A DNA stretch of 49,394 nt from IMG/VR virus record IMGVR_UViG_3300016476_001020, positions 1 to 49,394 of that record. One strand, written 5' to 3'. The position numbers were made by a program, and so were the translations under genes. How positions within the stretch are numbered: position 1 is the first letter of the stretch; every line of letters begins with the position of its first letter. The notes under the pieces are model-generated. The model was not told the DNA's origin and searched no databases. It saw nothing but the letters and a program-made list of their open reading frames with translations. The stretch is from a virus. Lineage: Duplodnaviria; Caudoviricetes. Shown here piece by piece: positions 48,687 to 49,394 of this stretch.

Positions 48687-49394
48687 CGGTAATTCACTTT
48701 ACACAACGCAAAAAACTAAACATAGAACGCTTCAGTCAATATCTGACTGAGGCCCAAACATCTAATCAGTTTACTAACTATGGGTATGCGGTAAAAACGT
48801 TAGAGCAACGAGCCAGAAAAAATCTACAAATACCTGACAGCAAAGCAATTATAGCTACTTGTAATGGTGCTGCTGCTTTAAATGCAATAATGGCGGCGAT
48901 TCATACGTCTGAGCCTGTATATTCACAAGATTTTACATTTCCTTGTAATTTTCAAATACCTGGTGTGTACACAGAGCCTTTTGACTTAGATGATGCTGGT
49001 AATCCTGACATTTACCACATAAGAACACCAGGAATACTCATTATAACAAATTGTTTTGGTCATGTAGTGGATATTGATAAAATCCTAAAACATGCCGAAC
49101 TTTATAATCAGAAAGTAGTATTTGACAATGCTGCTAGTCCTTATTCTTTTTATAAAGGTAAAAATATTAGTGCGTATGGTATAGCCAGCTATATATCACT
49201 ACATCACACAAAACCGCTTGGTTTTGGTGAGGGCGGTTTAGTCGTAATTGATAAAAGTTATGAAACAAGCGTAAGAGCTGCTATTAATTTCGGAATGCAC
49301 GAAGGCAGGCCCGTTATAGAGGGTAATAACTATAAAATGAGTGAGCTTTCCGCTGCCGGAATACTACAGTGGTGGGACAGCTTTGATATAGATG
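48683..49394 (+). CDS. DegT/DnrJ/EryC1/StrS aminotransferase (runs off window)
   Basis: Manual translation: NGAAAL, FDNAAS, SLHHTKPLGFGEGG, NYKMSEL. Confidence 0.85.
   Translation, partial: MTVIHFTQRKKLNIERFSQYLTEAQTSNQFTNYGYAVKTLEQRARKNLQIPDSKAIIATCNGAAALNAIMAAIHTSEPVYSQDFTFPCNFQIPGVYTEPFDLDDAGNPDIYHIRTPGILIITNCFGHVVDIDKILKHAELYNQKVVFDNAASPYSFYKGKNISAYGIASYISLHHTKPLGFGEGGLVVIDKSYETSVRAAINFGMHEGRPVIEGNNYKMSELSAAGILQWWDSFDID

Noticed and set aside
1-49394. Amber-recoded genetic code
   Set aside because: Long genes are intact under the standard code, several end at TAG, and there is no canonical CTA suppressor tRNA.

Overview
This window is a segment of a large lytic dsDNA phage genome. Genes run on the minus strand to about 43.9 kb, then on the plus strand. 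The host is probably an alphaproteobacterium (inference: two-piece tmRNA with tag ANDNFAPVSLALAA, ROSE-type thermometer, Pho-box pstS). About 7-30 kb is an RNA island: roughly 40 tRNA or tRNA-like genes covering all 20 amino acids, a GOLLD-like giant RNA and many stem-closed ncRNA cassettes, interspersed with RNA-repair-type genes. Main discoveries: (1) a promoter, 22-codon leader peptide, antiterminator and terminator sit in front of a tRNA block, and the leader's amino acids match that block's tRNAs, a candidate attenuator that polls host tRNA supply; (2) a Ro60/TROVE-like DUF2828 gene with at least 10 copies of a Y-RNA-like stem motif carrying tRNA modules in three topologies; (3) a circularly permuted tRNA(UAU) that shares intervening-sequence ends with the phage's permuted tmRNA; (4) a small RNA mimicking the 23S rRNA L11-binding domain; (5) an AUG-UAG...Pro-Pro-stop leader abutting an SD-sequestering hairpin. 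All calls were made by eye; no searches or folding programs were run.
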